Part shown: one piece after another, positions 1 to 12,100 of the stretch
Numbering within the stretch: the first letter of the stretch is position 1
Layout: the number at the start of each line of letters is the position of its first letter
Assembly (NCBI GenBank): GCA_964016885.1
Contig: OZ024740.1
Location: forward strand, 439,084,001 to 439,148,000
Source of the DNA: Eledone cirrhosa
Taxonomy: Eukaryota
DNA length: 64,000 bases
Reading direction: 5' to 3'
Made by a program: the position numbers and the translations under genes
The notes under the pieces: generated by a model
The model's database searches: none
Seen by the model: the letters and a program-made list of their open reading frames with translations, nothing else
Told to the model about the DNA's origin: nothing

Positions 1-2566
1 GCAAGACCAGTGTGTCTTTTCTTGCAATTCCTCATTACCATCTTATCAATAAGTAACTGGTCCTTTGTACCACGTGACTTCTTTCGGCATTCTTTCTGTT
101 CGTCCTGTAACAAGTTGTTTGTGTGGAGGTGATGGTAGATTTCTCCAGACACAATGCTTGTCAACAGTTTCCACATTACGAACAGACATGTGATAGGTCT
201 ATAGTTGGTAACATCATTACCCTTGATTCGTTCTTTCATTACCAGAACTGTGTTACCTTTTGTCAACCACTCTGGTACCTTACCTGACATCAAGCAGTCA
301 TTGAACATGGTTGTCAGTTTCGGGTGGAGGGATGTTACATTTTTAATCCAATACCACTGGGCCTGGTGATTTCCAGTTGGTTAGTTTTTTGGCTTGCCCC
401 TTGAGAGTTTCAACTGTGATACTCAAATCATATTGTTGGTGTGCCTGTTCACTAATCTCCTTTTATACTGTCTCAATCCACACTGCCTGGTCATTATGTT
501 TAACATCCTGCTCCCATATTCCTCTCCAGAATGTCTTAGCCTCTTCCGCTCAAGGATCAAGTCGTTGCCTCTTTTTTTCCCTTCAAGCTGTCCAAACAAC
601 ATCTTCTGGTTGTTGTCAAACATGCAGTTCTGTCTATACTGACTCTGCTCTCGTATCGCCTAATTGTTGCACTCTTTGCTACAATGAGTTGCTTCAGTTC
701 CTCTATGATAATATTTAGCTTTTTCCTCCTAGTTTTGTACTTTATTTCCAGTCTATTTTTAGTGTCTATGCTTTTTAGTGTCCCATTCTGTAGGGACTCA
801 AGCTTTCCAATGTCATTTCTCATTTCCCTGATTTGTCCATTCAGTCGTTTCTTCCACCAAGGTTCTGATCTTTCTTGTTTGTTGTTTCCTCTCACTTTTA
901 TGCCAAGTAATTTCCTCACCGCATTTGCTGTTGCTTTTAGGATATTGTTGCACTGGTAAAGGCTCCTCGCCTCAAGGTATGGGATGACTTTGTTTACCTT
1001 AGCTGTTGTTTCTTTTAACTTTTTCCTGTCTACAAATCTCAGGTTCATAGGTTTCCCACTATCATTGTTCATTTCATCTACCACTAAGTTTAGGATATCA
1101 ACCAAATCTTGTCCTAGCCTGTCAGCATTCATCTCCTCAATGGCCGTATCTTTGTTCCAGGTATTATTTATTTCAGCATTCAGATCATTGTCTGCTTCGG
1201 ATGATTCCTCCGTTCTCTCAACCTCTTCACCTTCATTTCCCACTGGCTCATTTGCCTGGCATACTCCACTCTCCATTTCCAACCTAATCTCTCTGCTCAG
1301 TTCCTCCAGTTCCAGCTCGCTTATCCACCCATTAGTTCTTATTACCCGAGCCTGCCCGGCCAAGTTTTGTTCATCTAATGTAAATAGACCAATCTCGTTT
1401 CAGATGTTATGCATCCGTTTCCTATAGCCTTTTTCCTTGGGGTTACTCTTCAGGTAACATTGCATAACAATTCTATTCAATTCTTTCGTCCAGTTGGTTG
1501 TGGTCCCTTTCCTTCTTCTTCCTCCGACACCAGCAGTATTTGGTTGACAGCCAGGTCCCTGCTGCTGAGCCAGGGAGCACCTGCTGGGTGAGAGTCTGTC
1601 ACATGACATTCCAATCTCCACTTCACCGTTATTCGAACTGTTTAGGTTCGACATTGAAACACTCTTATAAAGGATTGGTGAATGTATGGTTACATAACCA
1701 CCGGTGATTTCATCACCTCCGGTGATTTGATCACCCTCGGTGATTTTAGCGTGGTACTATAACGCTGTAGACGAACATAAATAAACAAACAAACAAATAG
1801 GTAAAAAAAAACCAAAATAAGCATAAGTTTCATTGTAATGTAATTTTTGAATGTCTGACTTAGTTTTTTTTGCTTGTCTGTCTGTCTGTTTGTTTTTCTT
1901 TTCTTTTTTCTTTTCTTTACGTTTTTCGTTGCTGCTGTGCTGTTTCGATTTTTATTTTTGATTTTTTGATTTTTTGACAGGGTCATCAAATCAGTCTATT
2001 TAAATCTTTTGATGGCCTTCCTCATTTAGTGGGAGCACTATGATGCCTGTCTTAACAGTAGTTAGTGGGAGAGAATAGCGGCGGTAGCGATAATAAGGCA
2101 GTGGTGGTGATGGTGATGTGCTAGTAGTACTTATCAGGAGGTAGTGGAAGAGAATAGCGGCGGTAGCGATAATGAGGCAGTGGTGGTGGTGATGTGATCG
2201 TAGTACTGTAGTAATGGTGTTGAAATTGAAGTAGAAATAGAAGTTGAGATAACTTGACTAGAGTTTTTGGCGTGATAGTGGTGATGGTGGCGGTGGTGGT
2301 GTTGGTGGTGAAATTATTTGTCTGCCTGTCCACTTAGCCATTTTCTCTTTTTCGACTATAACATTTCTGGTCCAAAATTAAATATTAAATATTGGGGCCC
2401 TATGCTGTAATGTGATGCTTTGTTGCCTGCTGAGGGTTAAAACTGTAATCTTATATTTCATTTGTAATAAGAATTATTCTATCACAGTTGTTTTAAATAA
2501 GTAAAAATCAAAAATTACGGGAGCGATTCCATAACGATATATGTCCACCATGTGCGTTTTCTTCCC
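1..2566 (-). mobile_element. R4/Dong-clade non-LTR retrotransposon copy A (5' half; 3' part runs off the window start), decayed
   Basis: ORF pieces 1400..1654 and 557..1363 are collinear with the N-terminus of copy B (WTKELNR.VMQCY, EPWWKKRL). Stop near 1400, frameshift near 570 and a small deletion near 357. 5' end GGGAAGAA abuts (TTA)n at 2567. Confidence 0.9.
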
Positions 2567-2583
2567 TATTATTATTATTATTA

Positions 2584-5500
2584 CAGTTGCATTTATCTTG
2601 CTTTATGTTCATACGAGTTATCACCAAGTCACACCCATTGACCTCAAGAGACTACAATGTCCGCCATGTTCAAGAAAGAACATACACACTCACACATGCA
2701 TCTTTAGTGTTTAGACTTGTGATGTACTTATATTGACAGAATCTTCCTTAGTTATGGGCAGTTCCCATTAGTACTATTTTTTGTATTTCTCCTATACGCG
2801 GGTTTCCTGGGATTTGCGATAAGTAATCATTAGACCCCTTAGGTATCATTCCCAGAGTGCCTACAATCACTGGTATTGTTTTAGTTCTCAATTTCCACAT
2901 TTTTCCAATTTCCATCTCCAGGTCCTCATACTTGCTCAATTTTTCAAATGTTTTTATAGATACATTCTTGTCTATTGGAACGGACATATCAATTAGCAGG
3001 CATACCCTCTTTTGAAAGTCCTTCATATATTATATCAGGTCTATTTGCATCTATTTTTCGGTCTGTTTGGATGCTAAAGTTCCACAAGATTGAGATGTGA
3101 TCTTCTTCCAGTATGGGAGGTGGTTGATGCTCCCACCAATTCTTTTGATGTGGCAGGTCAAAATGCTTACACATTATCCAATGTATGTATTGTGCAGCTC
3201 TGTCATGCCTGTTTAGGTATTCGGTTGGAGCTATAGGACTGCACATTGAAATTATATGGTCAATGGTCTCTGGTTGTTTTTTGCATACACGGCATAATGG
3301 GCTGCTTCCATTTTTTATTATGTTGGCTTGGTAATTTTTTGTTGGCAGACACTGATCTTGTGCTAATATAATCAGTCCTTCAGTCTCCGATTTTAGTCCA
3401 GAGGATGCCAACCATTGATGGGTTAAAGTTTTGTCAACATCAGGATTGTTAGCTCGTTTTGGGTATTTTCCATACAGAGGCTTTCCTTGCCATTTCTTAG
3501 CCTGTTTCTGTAGCAGTTCTTTCTTTGCAGTTACTTTTACCTGCTTTGCTTTTTGTGTGTTTTCCATTTCAGTAGTAAATGGGACTTCTAAAATTTGTAG
3601 TCCATTGCTGAATCTTTGTGCATCTTTTGTAATGGAATATGATCTTTTGATGCTTACGTGTTTCAAAACGAGTTTGATCATCCAAACAGGTATTTCCCTT
3701 AGATATGTAGATAATCTAATTGTTGCAGTTTTCAACGCAATGTCTAACTGGATTAACCCACGTCCTCCTTCTTTCCTAGGGAGATATATTCTATCTGTAT
3801 CTGCCTTAGGGTGATGCATTCTGTGCATGGTTAAGAATTTTCGAATTTTTGTATCGAGCCCACGGATCTCTGTGCTTGACCAGTTGATGACATTGTAACT
3901 GTAGGTTACTACTGGTATGGCAAGCGTGTTTATGGCATCGATCCTATTCCTTGCATTCAATTCCGTTCTTAAGATTGCTCTTACTCTGCGGTAACACTCC
4001 TTCCTTATCCTTTCCCTCATTGTCGAGTGCTTGATTCCGTCTCCTTCACAAACACCTAGATATTTGTATGTTTTTTCTTGATCAAGTTCTCTTATCACAT
4101 TCCCCCGATCAAGATTAATGTCTGAACTCTTCAGCAGCTTTGCTCTGGTGAACGTTGCTTTGGCGCATTGATCTAGTCCCAACTCCATTTTAATGTCATC
4201 ACTGAACTGGATAATAGCCCTTGCAATTGTTCATCATTTTTTGCAAATAGTTTCAGGTCATCCATGTAGAAAAGGTGATTAATGGTTTTGTCATAGACTT
4301 TATATCCATGTTTTGTTTCATTGAGCATTTTACTTAATGGTATAAGTGCGATGCAGAATAAAAGCGGTGATAAAGAGTCACCCTGAAAAATTCCACAATT
4401 AATATTAACTTCTCCAGCTTCCAGTGATTTTGTTTCACTATTCAAAAGGAGTGTCGTTTTCCATGTCTTCATACTGAATGACAAACACCTCCTGACAACG
4501 GGGGATATTTTGAAAATCTCTAAACATTTTTCAATCCAACTGTGTGGCAAACTATCGAATGTTTTTTTATAATCTATCCAAGCAATCGATAGATGTTTGT
4601 GTCTATTCTGACAATCTTCCAGTATCATTTTGTTAACCAAATGCTGATCCATACAGTCATATGAGCCTCGGTTACACCCTTTCTGATCAATGGGAAATAG
4701 GTCATTTGTTATCAGGTGGTCATATGTATATTCAGTTAGGACTGATGTTAACATTTTATACATTGTGGTCAAGCAAGTTATCGGTCTGTAATTTTTGGGA
4801 TTGTTTGTCTCATCATTCTTCGGAAGCAGGAATGTAATGCCGTTAACTAGCCATGATGGTATCTTTTCTGGCTCCTTAACTATTTCATTGTAAAGTTGGG
4901 CTAACAATTCATGAGACTCTGTGAAGGCATTTATCCAAAAATTTTGTATTTTGTCTTTCCCTGGGGATTTCCATTTGCTGGTTTTTCTTAGAGCCAAGCG
5001 CAAATGTTCAACTGTTATATTTTCCCATATTTGTTCTTCAAGGTGAGCTGTATCTTTCATTTGTCTGTCTATCCATGGGGCATGTATGTTATGAACTTTT
5101 TCTTCGGCCCAGATCTTTTCCCAGAATTCTTGCACTTCCTCCTTGGGTGGTATTGATTTAGCAGTTATTGTTGACTTACCAATTTTTCCGTAGAAGTTTC
5201 TTTGGTTGTTTTTGAACATATTATTGTCCTTATAGAATGTAGATCGTTTTTCAAAGCGCCTTATACGAGCAGCTTTGGCCGACACTTTTTGCTTGATTAT
5301 TTCTATCAGCATGTGTATGTCACTTGTTGATTTGATACTGTACTTTCTTTTCAATTTTCTAAGTTTAGTTTGTTTAACATGTTCACCTACTTTATAGTTT
5401 GTTAAAATTTCTATGTCAGATCGGAGAAGGTTTATTTGGCGATTGATGTTCTCTTGCGAAGTAGATTTCTTGTGGGAATTCCTTTGTTTTTTCATCTTCA

Positions 5501-7533
5501 CTCCACATAAGTGAGTGGTGACTTTAGCCGATGCATAATAGAGATGATTTAAATCAGTAATGTTTAGTTTGTTTGTGATGATAATGTTTTTGAGAATTAT
5601 GTTTGTTTTGTGTATTATCTTTTGGTTCTGTTTGGAGTTCTGGATCTTAGGGAGGGTGTCTCGTTGCCCCATGTCAGATTCTTTCATTTTCCTCCATTCG
5701 ATCATAATTTCATCCTTCAAGTTGGCAAGTTCATTCTCGTTCATTTCTTTATCATTTACGATCTCATTATTTTCATTTGAAGTTTCATCTTGAGCATGCA
5801 CTCCCTCCACTTTTTCGATCTTTTCTTTAATTTGTTCTGTTGTCAGTGATTCCGCCCCAACCCTGGGATTCAAAGTGTTACAATTTACCTCGTTTTCACT
5901 GACACATGTTTCATTTTCCCTTCGCTGACTTTGTGCTAATACCTTGATCTGATTAATTTCTATATCAGTTAGTAAATTTTTTTTTACAATATTTTTTCGT
6001 ATATTGGCTAGGTTGTTACTGTCAATATAGCCTGTTTTCAGGATGTTTCTTTTTGCAGTTGATATATGTCTGTTCTGCATTCGATGTATTTGATGGGTAG
6101 TACATGGCAGTGTAGAAAACCTCAAGGACTTCTTTATTATCTTCCCTTGACCATTTTTCTCTCTTTTTCTTTGGATTTCTTGGTGGTGAGCATGGAGGGC
6201 CAACAGTAGGAGTATTCCGGTTATGGGAGGTCTCCAGCTCCGAAGTGATGGGAAGGTTTGAACCATTAGCTGATTTTTCGACCCCAGTCTGGTTCCTCTC
6301 TGAGGGACGCGGCTCTTTTTTACCCGGGTGACGATCGATCCGGTATGAGATTTTATCATTAGACATTTACTTTATTTTGTCGCGTTTTATCCTTATCCGC
6401 CAAGGGGTAATCATTTCGTGTTACCACTTCTAGAACGAGTGTCAACCAAGACTAGAGGGGTCGTTCTCCCCTAGAGACACGGCTATTCCCCGCCGGCTGC
6501 CATCCCGGTATTTCTTGGTCACGGGGTTTTCTTTTTTGTTGTTTTTTTAAATTGTTATTATCATGAGTGGTTCCTTAATGTGAGCATTGCGTGGCTTAAG
6601 AATGAAATTATTAATAATTGTCTCCACTCCAGGCACAAGGCCAGCAATTACCCAGTGCATTACAATAATATAATATACTTTTTGCTGAAGTTGCCTGTTA
6701 TTGTTGTTGGCTATGTCGGTGCTAGTGCTGGGGCTTTTTATATTGTTGGTGAGGAAGGGGGGAGCCAGCAGTGCCATAGTTGTTGACGTTTGGTCGGTGG
6801 CCGGGTCACTAAGTCAATCTATTTATATCTTTTGCTAGCTTCTCCCTTGTCTAGTGATACCGCCACCTTACCCTTTCTTACTTAAATTAACAGGGGAATA
6901 GTGGTGGTAGCAATGAAGGAGTGGTGGCGGCGGTAATGGGATAGTGGTAGCAATGATGGATGGAGTGGTGGCGGCGGTGGCGTTGTCGTTACTGAGTTTT
7001 GCTGAATGGACTAGTTTTGTTTGATATGTAGTATCTATGCGTTTGTGTCGCGTATGTTTAATATATGTGTCGACATATTCCCTTAATATTGGAATTAAAC
7101 ATTTTGTTAAAACTTGAGACAATAATAATAGTAATTATTATTATGATGCTGGGGTTGGTGGTGCTGGTGGTGAAATTGCCGTTATCTGGCTGTTATATTT
7201 AGTGTACACAGCGGGGTGTGGGGTAGGTGGTGTATCAAGTTTCTCGTGTTGGTGAAATTGCTGTTATTTGGCTGTTCTATATAGTGTAGACAGAGGGGTT
7301 TTCTTCCATTTATAACAATTTTCTTTTTTGAATATAAAATATATAATACAAAATTGAATATTTGAGCGATATAACAATATATTATGGATCCGTATTTTTA
7401 TGAGACTTGATTCGGTGATTTATGCATCATTTGTACTAAGAATTGTTATTTCACAATTGATTTAAATATGTTAAAAATCAAAAACTTACGGGAGCGATTT
7501 CATGACCTTCTACCACGACTTGCGTCTTCTTCC

Positions 7534-7534
<1 letters not shown>
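2584..7534 (-). mobile_element. Divergent R4/Dong-clade retrotransposon copy C, full-length but frameshifted
   Basis: ORF pieces 6022..6366, 4173..6359, 2989..4188 and 2748..3026 give WKSPGKD, YRPITCL, WIDYKKTFD, GIFQGDSLSP, YMDD, YKYLG, CRVC..ETIDHIISMC, RHD and RPDI (RLE). Flanked by TTA/TTC tracts. Confidence 0.9.
2730..6366 (-). pseudogene. RT-RLE ORF of copy C with at least 3 frameshifts
   Basis: Conserved motifs are spread over four ORF-track fragments in different frames. Confidence 0.85.
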
Positions 7535-7604
<70 letters not shown>

Positions 7605-7605
<1 letters not shown>

Positions 7606-9113
7606 GTTATTGTTATTCCTTGAATCTCAGTCATTGATGTTGGTTAACTGGAAAGTCCGTTGGATTGAATATCAAGCCACTACCTGCAGCCTCAGATATT
7701 CAGGACGTATCGGAGGGTTCTTGCCGTTCCAAGCAAGCATGCCTTTTGAAGCGTTCCAAAAAGCGTGAAGGGGCCGATTTTCTTTAACCAAACCTGGAAA
7801 CCTTTGGAGATAGTCCCAGTGCGCCTATGACAATCGGGATCACTTTGACTTCATGGCAGTTCCAAATCCTTTTCACCTCCCACTTTAGGTCCTGGTATCG
7901 GTTAATTTTCTCCCTCTCCTTCTCTTGCACTCTCGTGTCGAACGGGCAGGCCACATCCACAATCAGGCACGATCTTTTTTCTTTGTCCACAACCACCAGG
8001 TCAGGTCTATTGTGTTCCAGTTTTTTGTCCGTCTGTATCCTAAAATCCCACAGCACCTTCACCTGACTGTTCTCCATCACCGCCTCTGGCCTATGCTCAT
8101 ACCATTTCTCAGAATGTGGTAGATTGTTTAATTTGCACAGGTACCAGTAGATCACCCTGCCCATCACATCGTGTCTCCAGCCCTTATAGTGGGTCTGGGC
8201 TAGGTGTTTACACTCGGACACAATGTGAGCCACAGTCTCCTCTCTCTCTCCACAGATCCTGCACAGTGGGCTAGCCTCCTCCTTGTAGATATGGTGCTTC
8301 AACCACTTCGTTTTGAGGGCCTGCTCCTGCGCAGCCATTAGCATTCCTTCTGTAGCCTTTTTGAGGTCTCCTCTTCTCAACCAGTTCCATGTCTGTGGAT
8401 CTCTAAATTCCGTTTTCTCAAAGAAGGTACTATGAAGGGATTTTCCCTTAAGGCTGCTCTTCCTCCTTGATGTTATTTCCTCCTTGGGTATCCCCTGGCC
8501 TACTGTCCCCTCCTTCAGTACAGCTCTGAGCATTGGCTCCTTACTATAGGTCACGTATTTGTATAGGTTGTTTTTCTCCATCTGAACACAGTCCTCTATG
8601 CTGATAAGACCTCTTCCACCCTCAGATCTCCTTAGGTAGAGTCTATCGACATCACTCCTCTTCTGGAACATGTTGTAGATAGTCAATAGCTTCCTAGTCT
8701 TCCTATCCATTTCTTTTTGTTCAGCAACATTCCATCTCAGAATTCCCGCACTGTACCTAATAATAGACACAGCTCGGGAATTTACTGCGCTTATGGCATT
8801 TCTGCTGTTCAGATGTGACTTCAATACGCTCCTTACTCTCCGAATGTATTCAGTTCTTAACAATTCCTTCATTTTTTTGTTCTTTATGCCATCAGCCTCC
8901 AGAACGCCCAAATACTTGTATCCTTCCTTAGAGTCAATTTCCTTTATCATCTCACCTGTTGGTATCTGGATCCCGTTACTTCTGCTCAACCTACCCCTCC
9001 TCATCACAATGACTCCACATTTACCAATACCAAACTGCATACATATATCACTACTGAAAATACGGACAGTGTCAACAAGCACATCCAACTCCTTCTCACT
9101 TTTCCCGAAGAGC

Positions 9114-9116
<3 letters not shown>
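7605..9116 (-). mobile_element. 5'-truncated R4/Dong copy D (same family as B)
   Basis: Near-identical to 9155..10653. Begins just after the FMDD motif, has the same 3' UTR and a (TAA)n tail, with small frameshifting deletions near 7770-7815. Confidence 0.93.
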
Positions 9117-9154
<38 letters not shown>

Positions 9155-12100
9155 GTTGTTATTCCTTGAATCTCAGTCATTGATGTTGGTTAACTGGAAA
9201 GTCCGTTGGATTGAATATCAAGCCACAACCTGCAGCCTCAGATATTCAGGACGTATCGGAGGGTTCTTGCCGTTCCAAGCAAGCATGCCTTTTGAAGCGT
9301 TCCAAAAAGCGTGAAAGGGCCGATTTTCTTTAACCATCCCTGGAAACCTTTGGAGATAGTCCCCAGTGCGCCTATGACAATCGGGATCACTTTGACTTCA
9401 TGGCAGTTCCAAATCCTTTTCACCTCCCACTTTAGGTCCTGGTATCGGTTAATTTTCTCCCTCTCCTTCTCTTGCACTCTCGTGTCGAACGGGCAGGCCA
9501 CATCCACAATCAGGCACGATCTTTTTTCTTTGTCCACAACCACCAGGTCAGGTCTATTGTGTTCCAGTTTTTTGTCCGTCTGTATCCTAAAATCCCACAG
9601 CACCTTCACCTGACTGTTCTCCATCACCGCCTCTGGCCTATGCTCATACCATTTCTCAGAATGTGGTAGATTGTTTACTTTGCACAGGTGCCAGTGGATC
9701 ACCCTGCCCATCACATCGTGTCTCCAGCCCTTATAGTGGGTCTGGGCTAGGTGTTTACACTCGGACACAATGTGAGCCACAGTCTCCTCTCTCTCTCCAC
9801 AGATCCTGCACAGTGGGCTAGCCTCCTCCTTGTAGATATGGTGCTTCAACCACTCCGTTTTGAGGGCCTGCTCCTGCGCAGCCATTAGCATTCCTTCTGT
9901 AGCCTTTTTGAGGTCTCCTCTTCTCAACCAGTTCCATGTCTGTGGATCTCTAAATTCAGTTTTCTCAAAGAAGGTACTATGAAGGGATTTTCCCTTAAGG
10001 CTGCTCTTCCTCCTTGATGTTATTTCCTCCTTGGGTATCCCCTGGCCTACTGTCCCCTCCTTCAGTACAGCTCTGAGCATTGGCTCCTTACTATAGGTCA
10101 CGTATTTGTATAGGTTGTTTTTCTCCATCTGAACACAGTCCTTTATGCTGATAAGACCTCTTCCACCCTCAGATCTCCTTAGGTAGAGTCTATCGACATC
10201 ACTCCTCTTGTGGAACATGTTGTAGATAGTCAATAGCTTCCTAGTCTTCCTATCCATTTCTTTTTGTTCAGCAACATTCCATCTCAGAATTCCCGCACTG
10301 TACCTAATAATAGACACAGCTCGGGAATTTACTGCGCTTATGGCATTTCTGCTGTTCAGATGTGACTTCAATACGCTCCTTACTCTCCGAATGTATTCAG
10401 TTCTTTACAATTCCTTCATTTTTTTGTTCTTTATGCCATCAGCCTCCAGAACGCCCAAATACTTGTATCCTTCCTCAGAGTCAATTTCCTTTATCATCTC
10501 ACCTGTTGGTATATGGATCCCGTTACTTCTGCTCAACCTACCCCTCCTCATCACAATGACTCCACATTTACCAATACCAAACTGCATACATATATCACTG
10601 CTGAAAATACGGACAGTGTCAACAAGCACATCCAACTCCTTCTCACTTTTCCCGAAGAGCTTAAGATCGTCCATGAAGAGGAGGTGATTGATGGTAAGCT
10701 CTCCCCTTCCCAACTTGTATCCTGCTCTCACTTTTCGCAGCATAATGGTCAAGGGCATCAGGGCAAGGACAAACAACAGAGGGGACAGGCTATCTCCCTG
10801 GAAGATACCCCTCTTGATCTTCACGCTTCCCAAGGATACTCCAGTTGATGTCAACTCTGTCTCCCAGGACCCCATACTCCTGCCCAGCAACTGTCTGATG
10901 TTATCTGCCACCCTGAAGATCTCCAGGCTTTTGGTGATCCAGGAATGAGGCACCATGTCAAATGCCTTTCTGTAGTCTATCCATCCCATGGCAAGATCAG
11001 TGTGTCTCCTCCTGCAATTCCCCATTACCATCTTATCAATAAGCAGCTGGTCCTTTGTACCACGTGACTTCTTTCGGCATCCTTTCTGTTCGTCCGGCAA
11101 CAAGTTGTTTGTGTGGAGGTGATGGTAGATTTCCTCAGACACAATGCTCGTCAACAGTTTCCACATTACGGGCAGACATGTGATAGGTCTATAGTTGGTA
11201 ACATCATTACCCTTGATTCGGTCTTTCATTATCAGAACTGTGGTACCTTTTGTCAACCACTCTGGCACCTCACCCGACACCAAGCAGTCATTGAACATGG
11301 CCGTCAGCTTCGGGTGGAGGGATGTTAAATGTTTAATCCAATACCCCTGCACACCATCTGGGCCTGGTGATTTCCAGTTGGTTAGTTTTTTGGCTTGCCC
11401 CTTAAGAGTTTCAACTGTGATACTCAAATCAGTCTGTTGCTGTGCCTGCTCACCGATCTCCCTCTGTACTGTCTCAATCCACCCTGCCTGGGCATTGTGT
11501 CTAACATCCTGCTCCCATATTCCTCTCCAGAATGTTTTAGCTTGTTCCGCCCCAGGGATCAAGTCGTTGCCTCTTTCTTTCCCCTCAAGCTGTCCAAACA
11601 GCATCTTCTGGTTGTTGTCGAACATGCGGTTCTGTTTATACTGACTGACTCTGTTCTCGTATCGCCTGATTTTGGCACTCTTTGCTACAATGCGTTGCTT
11701 CAATTCCTCTATGATAATATTTAGCTTTTTACTCCTAGTTTTGTATTTTATTTCCAGTCTATTTTTAGTGCCTATGTTTTTTAGTGTCCCATTCAGTAGT
11801 GACTCAAGCTTTCCTATGTCATTTCTCATTTCCCCGATTTGCCCACTCAGTCGCTTCTTCCACCACGGCTCTGCTCTTTCTTGTCTGTTGTTTCTTCTCG
11901 CTTTTATACCAAGTAGTTTCCTCACCGTATTTGCTGTTGCTTTGAGGATATTGTTGCACTGGTGAAGACTCCTCGCCTCAAGGTATGGGATGACTTTGTT
12001 TACCTTAGCTGTTGTTTCTTTTAACTTTTTCCTGTCTACAAATCTTAGGTTCATAGGTCTCCCACTATCATTGTTCAACTCATCTACCACTAAATTTAGG

